64,000 nucleotides of DNA from Basidiobolus meristosporus CBS 931.73. Taxonomy: Eukaryota; Fungi; Basidiobolomycota. The notes under the pieces are model-generated. The model was not told the DNA's origin. It did no database searches and worked only from the letters and a program-made list of their open reading frames with translations. Position numbers and translations under genes: made by a program. This document shows, in pieces, positions 34,253-47,000 of this stretch (positions within the stretch are counted from its first letter, which is position 1; the number at the start of each line of letters is the position of its first letter). The stretch lies in assembly GCA_002104905.1 (NCBI GenBank), contig MCFE01000105.1, positions 1-64,000 of the forward strand, read 5' to 3'.

Positions 34253-34905
34253 TGTTGCAAAAACTTGTATTTCCACCCAAATCTGCACCTTATTTAGTCC
34301 CTTAGATCTCAACCATTCAATCCTAGGGAATACTGGCCAAATTCCTTGTCAGGAGTTACTTGGATATTTTCACTAAAATATCAGGTATCTGGAACATGAA
34401 AATTCTGAAAGTTGTTCAAACAGCCCCAAACTTTGCACACATGTCCTTGGGACCTTCCTAAGTCTATTATTCATGCTTGCTATGCCAAGACCATGTAAAT
34501 GTATTAATACTACTTTTACATTCAGTAAATCATTAAGTGAAAACCACATCATCTACCTGACTTCCCAGTCACTTCCAGTATCTCTAAGATTCTTACAACA
34601 GGTTATGAGCCCTGAGCTATCACTCACTTCAATGTCTACTAGTGCTATTACTGGAACTTTCCCCACTGCTGAAAAGTTGGATGAATCTAGCCACCAAGTG
34701 TGGAAGGTGAAGAAAAAGATGCTGCTACAAGAAAGGGGCCTTTGGGATATTGTCATGGGCAATGAATGCCCCCCTGAAAGTGTGGGAGAGGATTCCTTAG
34801 AGTACCAGAAGAAAGAACAAGGTATCTTTAACTGCATTTGCCTCAATGTCAATGACAAATTGATAATTTAATGCTCAAGAGCAAAAACAGCAAAGAATGC
34901 CATAT
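34253..34905 (+). mobile_element. Second copia 5' end: LTR (34253-34600), PBS and start of gag, truncated
   Basis: Same LTR family (TGTTG...ACAACA) followed by GGTTATGAGCCC and KLDESSHQVWKVKKKMLLQERGLWDIVMG. Confidence 0.88.
34601..34612 (+). promoter_or_regulatory. Copia primer-binding site (half-tRNA iMet type)
   Basis: GGTTATGAGCCC directly after the LTR-terminal CA, like the PBS of Drosophila copia; decayed copy GGTTATGAGTCC at 29298-29309. Confidence 0.75.
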
Positions 34906-36620
34906 GAAAAATAATTTGGTCCCACAGGTGCATCCAATCCAGATCAGCTAACAAGATCCCATTTAGAGACCATCATAATACCAGCAGCTTGGAATTAGTA
35001 ACCCTCCTAACAAGCTTATGATGGGATTGTAATGGTTTCTGCAAATTTTACAACTAAATAAAGGGACAAAACTTGACAAAATTATATTGGTGCCATGTGA
35101 GAAGTACTTAGAGTGGCAAATACTCTGTGATCTCTTGCCAATTCTATCAAATTTCTCCAGTATCTTGAAGGGCTCATTTAGCTTGAAATGCCCCAGGTAC
35201 AACTTGGTCATCAGTATAGGGATACTATTGAAAAGCAAATGCATTGCTTCCAGTGAAAAGCTTTTGCTCCAACAGATACCCTCTATCTTAAGTATCTCTG
35301 GTTTCCAATTGATTCCATATTCCAGCCAATGGCTTATAGCTTGCCAACTTTGCTTGCATACCTACTTCTGTATGTTCTCCCTGTGGAAAGATGATGTGCT
35401 TAGTGCTGGTGTTTGAGTAATAATATTGTGTGTGAGTTATGGAGTAAATCCCCTGAATCTCATTCATTTGACAGTAATACTGCCAATTATGCCCAGAAAA
35501 ACCTGCTATCTTGCTGATGGCTGGGGTATCTCCAATGCAGATAATGATATGCGCTTTTACATGATGGCCATTTACCATTATCCTGCTGGAAAGCATGCAA
35601 AATTCATCCAGCAATAGATACAGGTAGCTTTCCAGGTTGGACAGTGATTGAGGCTTAGATACCAGTGAGACTACTATCAGATTATTGCTCTAATACTGTA
35701 AGATGGGCATCATATTCAGATTGATGAGAATCAGTGGCCAGCAGGATTTGCTGGTAGAGTACTTGTTTAATGAGAGTCCATCAAGTGCCAAAGCAAAGGC
35801 ATGGTAATACATACCTTCAAAGTAGCCCTTGCTTCTTAGCTGTTTGAAATGTTTGCCATCAAATATATCAGATATGTTTGCACTTGATTGATACAGAGTG
35901 CAGTACTGTATAGCTTTGCAATATTTGTTGGACTGCATCAGCTTCCTCAGATGGGGCATGACCGGAATATATCCAGAGTGTGAACAATGCTTTCCCTCAA
36001 TGATGGTGGATTCCTGACAATTTGGACATGTTGCAATAGCAGCATTTTTGGATGTGAATGCCATGCAACTGTTAACACATGCTGGAATCAGGACAGTCTC
36101 TGGATCATATGTTGCCAGCTGCATGAAAGTTGTCCACTTGTACCATGTACATGGTGAGTTGCATCCTGGTATGATTTTGGCAAGAACTAGTCATAAATTC
36201 TCAATGCCCCCATTACTGATATTAACGGAAACATGTCACATCTCTTGCCACAACATTACATCATTCACCAGTAGATGGATTTCTAGGCTCACTTGGCTCC
36301 ATAGAGTATCCTTGGCATTTGTCTCCACAGGTGTTGTCTCATTTCATATAGGGATTTGACTGGGCTCATACATGGTACTATTGCTAGGGGAGATAGGCTC
36401 AAAGCCCATCAGTGAACCTTCTTTGTCAGAGCTATCACTCTGCATGCTATATTTAGAAGGCTGAGATGAGCCTAAAGGCATCACAAACTCACCTGACTCA
36501 GTTAGCGCAAGGTGGCAAGATGGCCAGGTGCCAATATAGAAGTATCAACTGGCTGGCAAGATAATGTTAGTACAGTAGTGAATGATGGATGGTCAAATAT
36601 CACATGTGTGGCAAAATACT
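34906..36620 (-). mobile_element. Decayed CACTA/EnSpm (Tnp2-family) transposase, copy 1
   Basis: ACVNSCMAFT..CPNC, DIFDG, ALALDG..CWPLILINLN, GDTPAISKIAGFSGHN..YCQMNEIQG and MHLLFNSIP..LYLGHFK. Confidence 0.82.
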
Positions 36621-36624
36621 GGCC

Positions 36625-37800
36625 ATTGGTATGCTAAGAAAGTATCTCAAGAGTAGCAGAAACTATAAAGGCAGGAGAACAAGGGTGCCATGGCTAAAAA
36701 CCAGCAGCTTCCTCAAGAGCCTTTTAAAAGCAGGGCAAAAAGCTCCAGACAAGTGTCAAAGTGATGCCAGGTGGCTGGAAGAGTTCTAATTAGCAACAAG
36801 CAGGCAAACACAGATGCACCAGCACAACATTTATCAAGAAAAAGAGTAGTACCACTCACAAAGCACCCAGTCATAGTAACAGTGATAACAACTAGCTGCT
36901 TTTACAGGAGCCTATCACAACTGCGGTTGAGAGCTCAAAACAAGTGGAAAAGAAACAACAGGTTGCCAGAAGAGTGCCAGCAAGGGATGAGCAGGCTGAA
37001 ACAGATGCATCAGAGCAGAATTTAACCAGGAGAAAATGTAGTTCTTTATAAGAAGCACTCACACAAAGTAGCAGTGAAAGACCTGGCAGTGATAATGGAA
37101 AAGGTAAAAGGCAAAATGTCTACCCAAGCCTGAGACAGAGAGGCATGCAAAAAAAACTGCAGTTCTTTCCAATTAATGCTGCAAGCCAGGAACAGACTGA
37201 GTCCCATCATAGTCAAGAACAATCACCAACAAGAAAAAGCCATTTTCACAAGAGTTAAAAGCACAGCAAGTTGTGCTACACTCCAGCAAGGTAGATGATT
37301 TTACTGAAAAAGGCATTTTGTCTACCACAGCCTCCACAGCCTCCACATCCTCCATTGTTGACAGAGTGGATATCCCACTGACAGACAAGGCTACAACATT
37401 AAGAGCTCAAAAGACTATCACAATGCATTCAATGGAGTTTTGGAGCATTGATAGGCACACCAAGAGGTTGCAGCACTTCAAGAGCAGTGCTCAAGAAAAT
37501 GCACTGGAATATTGGAAGGATTTATTGCAAAGACTGGCAAATGAGGAGCTAGACCTTACAGTGCCCGCTGAAGACCTGGACATGTGGGAACCAGTGAATG
37601 AACAGTGGCATAAAGCTGTTGTGCTCCTGCCAAAGTTGTGGAACCAGAGCATTACAGCAGAAATATTTATTGAGTGGTGGGTTTTAATGGAGGAACTTGT
37701 TGAGTTTGGGGTTGGGCTTAATGTTAGTGTAGGGCTCTTTGAACAATACACAAGCTACCTGATTTGCCATCAAATATCCTATTATGCCCATTAAGCAAGT
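36625..37800 (+). pseudogene. Unknown ORF2 relic adjacent and divergent to the Tnp2 transposase
   Basis: Homologous by eye to 58850-59850, with a conserved reading (DRVDIP.TDKATTL..QHFKSSAQEN..EYWKD.L.RLA.E.LDL.VP..WEPV..W.KA). Confidence 0.55.
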
Positions 37801-39087
37801 AAATCCCTGATCCTAGTGATTGGACAAGGTGTTGTAGCTAGCACACAACCAATTGTATGGGTGTAAATCAGATCAAATGGCTGCACTGGTGCCACAGATG
37901 ATGTATACATTTGCAGGATGTTTATTGATAGGGGTCCTGTCTCAAATGTGAGACAACCTTGATATTGCTTGTATCAAAAATTCAGTTATCACTGATTTGC
38001 AATGGCTCAATGCGGATAGCAAAAAGTATGAGTTGTTTGGATCAATACAAATAATAGCAATTCAATGCAATTGCATCATCTTTTCTTAGACTTTTTTCTC
38101 ACAGGGATTACTACTGAAGCACTTGTTAGTGATTCACTTTGCACACCTAGACTATTTTCTTGTTGACTATCCTCTAGGCTACCTGTGTATTTGTAGTTGG
38201 TATTTTGCATCCTAGTTGATGAGCACAATGCTGCAGCTTGGCCATGCTGAATTGCCCTGGATGATACAACTGAGGGGGCCTGCAGTGCTACGTGCTGACA
38301 TGTTCTTTTACTTACCAAAGGCTCTGGCGGTGGAGACACTTCATATGGGTCATCATCAGTCAGTTTACCAGAAGATACTTGCTGATGGTCAGGTGTAATG
38401 ATACACGCAGGCACAACTTGATGTGCTGCCATGGCCCTTGGCTGAGTTTGATGTCATGCTGCTTATTGACACAACTTGGCTTGCTCCAATGGACTGATGT
38501 GTGCTGGAGTGCTGAAGTTGCAAGGGATGGTAAGGAATTCAGCAAGGCATGCTGGCAAAATCTAGACTATGTTGCTTGTGGTCTGTATTCTTCCTCTTGA
38601 AGCTCACCTGCTGATTCCTCAAGGTATTTGCTTACCCTCTGCCTAATACTTTGCAGCTGTTGCCTGGATGAGTTCTGTATATATTGCTCTTAGAGGCCAC
38701 TTAGCTCTATTAATATATCACATCATACATTAGTCATTTGAGGCAAAAATGTTGCAAAATCTCTTTGGTTACCAAAGTCAAGGCCCAAACAGACACCTCC
38801 AGCCAGTACTGAGCAAATTGTGCGCAAAATTGTTCCTGGCTGGCTTCCTCATCAAATCCCCTCACTCTCAACTAATTCTTGCTATCAATAACTGTCTTGT
38901 TATATATCACCTTACATAAATCCACTGGCATCTTGATGTAGAACTCATGCCACAGCTATCTTCTCATGACCTTCCATCTCTGTTAACTCTCCAAGGTATC
39001 TAGTTCTGCTAGATTTATGAGTAATGCCAAATATCTGTATGGAGGCTGATCATAGACACTTGAGCCATACTAAAATCACTTGGCAAG

Positions 39088-42000
39088 GACCACCTGGATC
39101 AAGTTGAATACTTTATTGATGGGTTGAAAGAAAGAACTTGCAAGGAAGTGAATTATCTAAGACCTCAGACTATTGAAGAAGCCATCAAGATTGCCATTGA
39201 CTATGACCCAGCTATGTTTGGAGTTAGGAAGCCTACAGTGACTAATCAGAAAGGCTACAATCATTATGAAAGAAGATAGTCAGAAGCAGCACCAATGAAA
39301 ATAGATGCTATGCAGAAGAACCCCACCTCAGAAGAATGCAGAAAGAAAGGACTTTGTTTCAATTGCCACCAGCAAGAACACATCTCAGAGTACTGCCCCC
39401 GGAGAAGAAATGGACAACAGCCAACAAGAACCTTCAACCATATTGAGTGCCATGAACTAAGTAATGTGGAGGATGAGCTTGAAGAAGACTTGGAACTCAC
39501 CTTCCATATGACAGAAGAGTACTTGTCCCAAATGACCTCAAACTCAGGGAAGTTATTATACTTAAATGGAGTAATCAATGGAGTACCTGCCAAGATCATG
39601 ATTGACTCAAGAGCAGCACATGAGTACATGTCAGAGCAATTTGCCTTGAAAGCTGGAATCAACTCGGAACCTACCAAATCAACTTCAGTTTCCACTGCTG
39701 ATGGGAACTCTCACATAATCAACCGTACTACCCAGCCAGTAAGAATGAATATCAATGACTATGATGAAGACCTACAGGCCTGTATATTTGGAAACTGCAA
39801 GTTTGACCTTGTACTTGGGAAAACCTGGCTATTTTGTTGTAATCCATCAATCAACTGGAGAACCAATGCTACTCAGATCCAAAAGGACAACAAGACCTAT
39901 GAGCTATTACCTGCCAGGCTGGATTTCAACTTGGTCAATTCCATTTTGTGTGAGACAAGTGAACTTAGCAAGACCCAGCTCTGTTGAGCACTTAGAAAGG
40001 TTCTCATATATTCCTCATGGTGGTATTACAGGAGGATTCCTCTACCCCAGCACCCCAGCAGGTCCAGACTGTCTTGAAGAAATATTCAGACATGTTTCCA
40101 GATGAACTTGTAAGCCTAGCACCAGTCAGAGATGTGGATCATGCCATTGACACAGGAGATAGCCCTCCAGTGAACAAGACACCTTACAGAATGAGTCCAT
40201 TGGAATTGGAGGAAATGAAGAGACAGATTGATCAGCTATTGGAGCAAGGATACATCAGGCCCAGCAAGTCACCCTGGGGAGCACCAGTGCTTTTTGTGAA
40301 AAAGAAAGATGGAACACTTAGGATGTGCATTGACTACAGAGCCCTGAACTCAGTTACCATCAAGAATAAGTACCCCAAACCTTGGATTGAGGAGCATTTG
40401 GACCAACTTAATGGAGCCACTACTTTCAGCAAGATTGACCTCATGTCAGGATACGACCAGATTAGGGTGAAACCAGAAGATATCTCTCAGACAGCATTCA
40501 GGACCAGATATGGACATTACAAGTACTTAGTCATGAGTTTTGGCCCCACCAATGCCCCTGCAACATTCATGACACTGATGCAGACTGTCTTTCAGGAGTA
40601 CTTGGACAAGTTTGTGATATCTACCTGGATGACATATTGATATAGAGCAAGACAGCAGAGGATCATGTGGTGCACATTGAAAAGGTCTTGAAGAAGCTAA
40701 GAGAGAACAAGCTATATGGCAAGCCAGCCAAGTGTGAATTCTTCAAGTAACATGTTGAATATTTGGGACACATAGTGACTAGCACAGGAGTGACCTTAGA
40801 CCCTAAGAAAGTTGAAGTTATCAAGAATTTGAAGCAGCCCCATAGCATATCAGAACTCAGATCATTCCTTGGAATGGCATTCTATTATTGGAGATTTGTC
40901 AAGTCCTTTGCAAGCATTGCAGCCCCTTAAACTGATATCCTCAAGAAAGACAACACCTACAAGTGGGACATAGCTTGTGAGACTGCCTTCCAGACACTCA
41001 AGAATGAACTTGCTAAGCTGCCAAGCTTAAGAATACCTGACTTCAGAAAAGAGTTTACCCTATGCACAGATGCTTCAGATTATGCAATTGGTGGAGTGTT
41101 GAATCAAGGACACAAGGGAAAGAACTAACCAGTTGCCTTTGAGTCCAAGAAACTGAACTCAGCAGAACAAAACTATCCCGTGCATGAGAAGGAGATGCTT
41201 GCTATAATACACTGCCTGAAGACATAGAGATGCTATATTGAAGGAGTCAAATGCACTCTAAAGACTGATCATGCCTCACTGCAGTATGTATTTATTCAGA
41301 AGGTTCTATCCAGAAGAATGACAAGATGGAGTGAATACATTGAGCAATTTGACTTGAAGATTGTCTATTGCCCTGGGAAATATAGCATGGTTGCTGATGC
41401 CTTATCAAGACTAGAACAAGTGGCACAACTCAACTTGGTGCCTGAATCAGATTTGCCTAGCTTAGTACTACAATACTTGGAGGACCAATCCATTCCTAAT
41501 GGGGTGGATGAAGAGATAAAGAAGATAATCCAGGATGAAGCCAGAAAATTTGTTGTACAGGATGAAACACTCCACCAAATTGTTGATGGAAGCCCTATTG
41601 CCTATTGGCCTTATGTTGCTTGCCTGGATTTAATACACAAGCTACACAATGTATATGGACATCTTGGAATTGAAGGAACCTATAGCCTTGTGAAAGCCAG
41701 AGCATGGTGGCCCAGAATGAAACAAGATACTGAGAAGCTATTGAAAACATGCCCTAACTGCCAAATCAATCAAGGCCGCCACAAAGAATTGCCAAACTCT
41801 TCCCTTTGGAGCCTGTAAGACCATTTAAAAGATGGGGAATTGACTTTATAGGAAGACTGCCAGCAACCAGGAAATGCAACCATTGGATCATAGTAGCAAT
41901 TGACCATGCCACTAAATGGCCAGTTGCTAAAGCAGTACCAATAGACAGTGAACAAGAAGTTGCAAGTTTCATTTACCATGAGATCCTGATGAAGTTTGAA

Positions 42001-43096
42001 TGCCCTGTGGAGATCTTATCTGATAGAGGAGCAAACTTTATGGCAAAGACGTTAGAGGCTTACCTGGAAATGCAGCAGATTAAACACTTGAAAACTTTGG
42101 CATATCACCCCAGAACTAATGGAGTCACTGAGCAGTTTAATGGATTATTTGGAAAAATGCTGACCAAGTATGCAAATGGAGCTGTCAGTAGATGGGATGT
42201 GTATATAGATCAAGCACTTTTTGCCTGCAGAGTTAGAGTTCTCAACACTACCCAACAATCACCATTTTACTTAGTGTATGGATGTGAACCAAGGATTCCA
42301 GGAGATCTCACACAACCCAGGCTTACAGATGCCTTAAAAGATGAGCTTAGTCAGCCCAGCAGACACCAGCAATTGGAACAAAGATGACAAGAGGCACAGG
42401 CCAAAGTATCTCAAAGTGCAGAAAAGATGAAGCAGAGATTTGATAAGACAATAGCACCAGAGGTATTGACAGTTGGGAAATTTGTATTGCTAAGAAACAA
42501 TACTTGGAAGAAGTTTGAGCCACAATGGACAGGACCATTCAAGATTGTCAGAGAATGTCCATTTGCAAATTACCAAATAGTGGATAAACAAGGAAATATC
42601 CAAGAAGACTTAGTTCATAGAAACAGACTCAAGCTTGCAAGACTTGCTGACAATACTGAACCATCAAGATATTGGTATCACAAGAAATTAGATTCAGGAG
42701 AACCCTCTCAATTTTGGTAGGGGAGAATGTTATGATCTGCCGCTTGAATGCTTAAGTTAGTTCAGTTTCTAGTCAAATCAACTAGTTATATGTTTAGGTT
42801 TTCAGTATATAAGTATTATCTATCATATCAGTAACATTAGTCAACAAATGAATCAGCAAATCCTTATCAGACAGAAAAAGATATATTAAGTAGGAGCTTA
42901 TTGGGTGATGATGAAGCATTTTAATGAGACATCAACCACAGCCTACATTAGGAAATACAATTAGTCATCAATTGATCTGGCAAAATGTATATAAGGAGGT
43001 GCTGGAACCTCAATAAAGATCAGTTCAAGTTTCAGTGAATACAATACTAGCTAAACTCCCTATTCCTCTACAACTCTTGTACCAAGACTTGTAACA
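39088..43096 (+). mobile_element. Ty3/gypsy retrotransposon copy A, 5'-truncated (3' LTR 42728-43096)
   Basis: Gag C-terminus with CFNCHQQEHISEYC knuckle, protease (MIDSRA), RT, RNase H, integrase (HNVYGH, RWGIDFIG, SDRGANF, WTGPF) and PPT GGTAGGGGAGAA; stops and frameshifts present. Confidence 0.94.
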
Positions 43097-43431
43097 CCAG
43101 TAGCTGGATTGTCCTTATTGATCTAGATCTGGACTATGTAGGTAGCATATCCATGGTTTGCTAGATCTCCCAGAGTGTTCATGAACCTCCTGTCTTCACA
43201 ACATATCTATTCTGAGATCTTTCAACCAAATTGGTCATGCATTATGATCCAGCCATTTGATCTATTTTGCATCTATTTGATCAGCTGAGTGCTAGCTATG
43301 ACACCAAGTCCAATCACTAGGATCAAGGATTTACTTGCTCAATGAGCAAAATGGGATATTTGACGGCAAATCAAGCAGCTTGTGTATTGGTCAAAGTGCC
43401 AATTGGGGGCTGACAGCTTCCAGATACTTAC

Positions 43432-43967
43432 TGTTATGAATAGACACAAGGCAGGAGGAAAAGCTAGGCATGGCAGGAAGGGACTTAGGTGTGGACCATC
43501 AAGGCAAGGCAGGATTCAAGGCAAGGCAGGATTCAAGGCAAGGCTGTTTATTCAAGACCTATGTTTATCAGACTGAGGAATACTTAAGGGGGGATAGGAC
43601 TATATATACTTTTGGCTATACTGATGCCCAGAGATATTAGCTAATACTAATGGGGTTGTGGGGTGAGGCACAGCAATGGTGCTGGGGATAATGACATAGA
43701 TGACACGGCACTGAGACAGGATGGGGAAATGGATTGGGTCACCTGATCATGTGACTAAGTCATGTGACATGGTATTTCCATATATGGTACTGGACTATGA
43801 AAAATACGATGGAAAGCTTCCATGGAATGTTCCATTGTGTAACAATGGTTAGGAATGGTCAGGAACTTTCTGGAAGGTGGTAGAAGGTTCCAGAAGGAAT
43901 CTCTTAGAAATTGAGCTAGGAAGCTGAAACTTGGCATGGGTGCTCATGGTTGTCATGTGATCATGAC
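43432..43967. mobile_element. Probable solo LTR of a third, unrelated family
   Basis: Ends TGTTATGA...TCATGACA (7/8 inverted); flanks CTTAC/TTTAC fit a 5-bp TSD with one transition. It has an internal 17-bp tandem (43499-43544), a TATATATA word and a TTTATT word. Confidence 0.55.
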
Positions 43968-44065
43968 ATTTACGGACTAATTAGCAGCTGAGATACCATC
44001 CAATTGGAGTAATGGTAACCAAAAAGATAAGTATTAGTGTAACTGATAGTGTGATATGCATTTAT

Positions 44066-47000
44066 TGTTACAAGTCTTGATATAAGAGTTGTTGAGGAAT
44101 AGGGAGTTTAGCTAGTATTGTTTTCACTAAAACTTGAACTGATTTTTATTGAGGTTCCAATAGCTCCTTATATACATTTTGCCAGATCAATTGCTGACTA
44201 ATTGTATTTCCTATTGTAGGTTGTGGCTGATGACTCATTTGATTGCATCATCATCACCCAATAAGATCTTACTTAATATATATATTTCTGTCTGATAAGG
44301 ATCTGCTGATTCATTTGCTGACTAATGCTACTGATTTCATAGAAAATACTGATATACTGATAACCTAAACATATACTAAGTAATTTGACTAAGAAATGAT
44401 CTAACTTAAACATTTAAGCGGCAGATCATAACATTCTCCCCTACCAAAATTGAGAGGGTTCTCCTGAATCTCTTTTCTTGTGATACCAACATCTTGATGG
44501 TTCAGTATTGTCAGCAAGTCTTGCAAGCTTGAGTCTGTTTCTATGAACTAAGTCTTCCCAGATATTACCTTGTTTGTCCACCAGTTGGTAATTTGCAAAT
44601 GGACATTCTCTGATGATCCCAAATGGTCCTGTCCATTGTGGCTCAAGCTTCTTCCAAGTGTTGTTTCTTAGCAATACAAATTTCCCAACTGTCAATACCT
44701 CTGGTGCTATTGTCTTATCAAATCTCTGCTTCATCTTTTCTGCACTTTGAGATACTTTGGCCTGTGCCTCTTGTCATCTTTGTTCCAATTGCTGGTGTCT
44801 GCTGGGCTGACTAAGCTCATCTTTTAAGGCATCTGTAAGCCTGGGTTGTGTGAGATCTCCTGGAATCCTTGGTTCACATCCATACACTAAGTAAAATAGT
44901 GATTGCTGGGTGGTGTTGTGTACTCTGACTCTGCATGCAAAGAGTGCTTCGTCTATATACTCATCCCATCTACTGATAACTCCATTTGCATACTTGGTCA
45001 GCATTTTTCCAAATAATCCATTAAACTGCTCAGTGACTCCATTAGTTCTGGGGTGATATGCCAAGGTTTTCAGGTGTCTGATCTGCTGCATTTCCAGGTA
45101 CACCTCTAACGTCTTTGCCATAAAGTTTGCTCCTCTATCAGATAAGATCTCCACAAGGCATCCAAACTTCATCAGGATCTCATGGTAAATGAAACTTGCA
45201 ACTTCTTGTTCACTGTCTATTGGTACTGCTTTAGCAACTGGCCATTTAGTGGCATGGTCAATTGCTACTAGGATCCAATGGTTGCATTGTTGTAAAAATT
45301 TGTATTTCCACCTAAATATTCACCTAACTTAGTCACTTAGATCATCACCTTCAAATCCTAGAGAATACTGACCAAATTCCTTATTGGGATTTACTTAGAA
45401 TATTTTCACCAAAATACCAGGTACCCAGAACATTAAAAATCTCAAAGTTGTCCAAACAGCCCCAAACTTTGCACACATGTTCTTGGGACCTTCCTTAACC
45501 TATTCTACATGTTTGTAATGCCAAGACCAGGTAAAAGTATAAATACCACTTTTACATTCAATAAATCATTAAGTGAAAGCAACATAATTTACTTGTTCTC
45601 CAAATCACTTCCAATATCTCCAAGACTCTTACAACATGCATTTCCTGGTAGTTGGCAGTCTTCCAATAAAGTCAATTCCCCATCTCCCAAATGGTCTTAC
45701 AGGCTCCAAAGGAAAGAGTTTGGCAACTCATTGTGGCTTGCCTTGATTGATTTGGCAGTTTGGGCATGTTTTCACTATCTTCTCAATATATTGTTTCATT
45801 CTGGGCTACCATGCTCTGGCTTTCACAAGGCTATAGGTTCCTTCAATTCCAAGATGTCCATATCCATTGTGTAGCTTATATATTAAATCCAGGCAAGCAA
45901 CAAAAGGACAATAGGCAATAGGGCTTCCATCAACAATTTGGTAGAGTGTTTCATCCTGTAAAACAAATTTGCTGGCTTCATCCCGGATTATCTTCTTTAT
46001 CTCTTCATCCACCCCATTAGGAATGGCTTGGTCCTCCAAGTACTTTGGTAATAGGCTTGGTCAATCTGATTCATGCACCAGGTTGAGTTGTGCAACTTGA
46101 TCTAATCTTGATAAGGCATCAGCAACTGTGTTGTTTTTTCCAGGGCAGTAGACAATCTCCAGGTCAAATTGCTGAATGTATTAACTCTATCTTGTCATTC
46201 TTTTGGAGAGTACCTTCTGAGTATATATATACTTGAGGGAGGCATGATCAGTCTTCACAGTGCATTTGACTCCTTCAATACAGCATCTCCATGTCTTCAA
46301 CCAGTGTATTATAGCAAGCATCTCCTTCTCATGGACTGGATAGTTTTGCTCTGCTGAGTTCAGTTTCTTGGACTCAAAGGCAACAGGGTAGTCCTTTCCC
46401 TTGTGTTCTTGGCTCAGCACTGCACCAATTGCATAATCTGAAGCATCTGTGCACAGAGTGAACTCTTTTCTGAAGTCTGGTATTATTAAGCTTGGCAGCT
46501 TAGCAAGTTCATTCTTGAGCGTCTGGAAGGCAGTCTCACAAGCTATGTCCCACTTGTAGGCATTGTCTTTCTTGAGGATATCAGTTAAAGGGGCTGCAAT
46601 ACTTGCAAAAGACTTGACAAATCTCCAATAATAGGAAACTATTCCAAGGAAGGATCTGAGTTCTGATATGCTATGGGGCTGCTTCAAATTCTTGATAGCT
46701 TCAACCTTCTTAGGGTCCAAGGTCACTCCTGTGCTAGTCACTATGTGTCCCAGGTATTCAACATGCTCCTTGAAGAATTCACACTTGGCTAGCTTGCCAT
46801 ATAGCTTGTTTTCTCTTAGTTTCTCCAAGACCTTGTCAATGTGCACTACATGATCCTCTTCTGTCTTGCTGCATAGCAATATGTCATCCAGGTAGATTAT
46901 CACAAACTTGTCTAAGTACTCCTGAAAGACAGTCTGCATCAGCGTCATGAATGTTGCAAGGGCATTAGTGAGGCCAAAACTCATGACTGAGTACTCGTAA

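Noticed and set aside
38000-38900. Host gene in the 118-aa minus-strand ORF 38076-38432 and upstream pieces
   Set aside because: Low complexity, CpG-depleted, stop-interrupted, with no splice pattern or domain; probably decayed TE sequence.
42560-42727. Chromodomain or env-like ORF in the gypsy family
   Set aside because: The integrase ends right at the PPT, with no aromatic-cage motif and no room for a third ORF.
43499-43544. CRISPR-like or functional array in the 17-bp (and 11-bp, 10-bp) repeats
   Set aside because: Contiguous tandem units without unique spacers, in a eukaryotic TE context with no cas genes.
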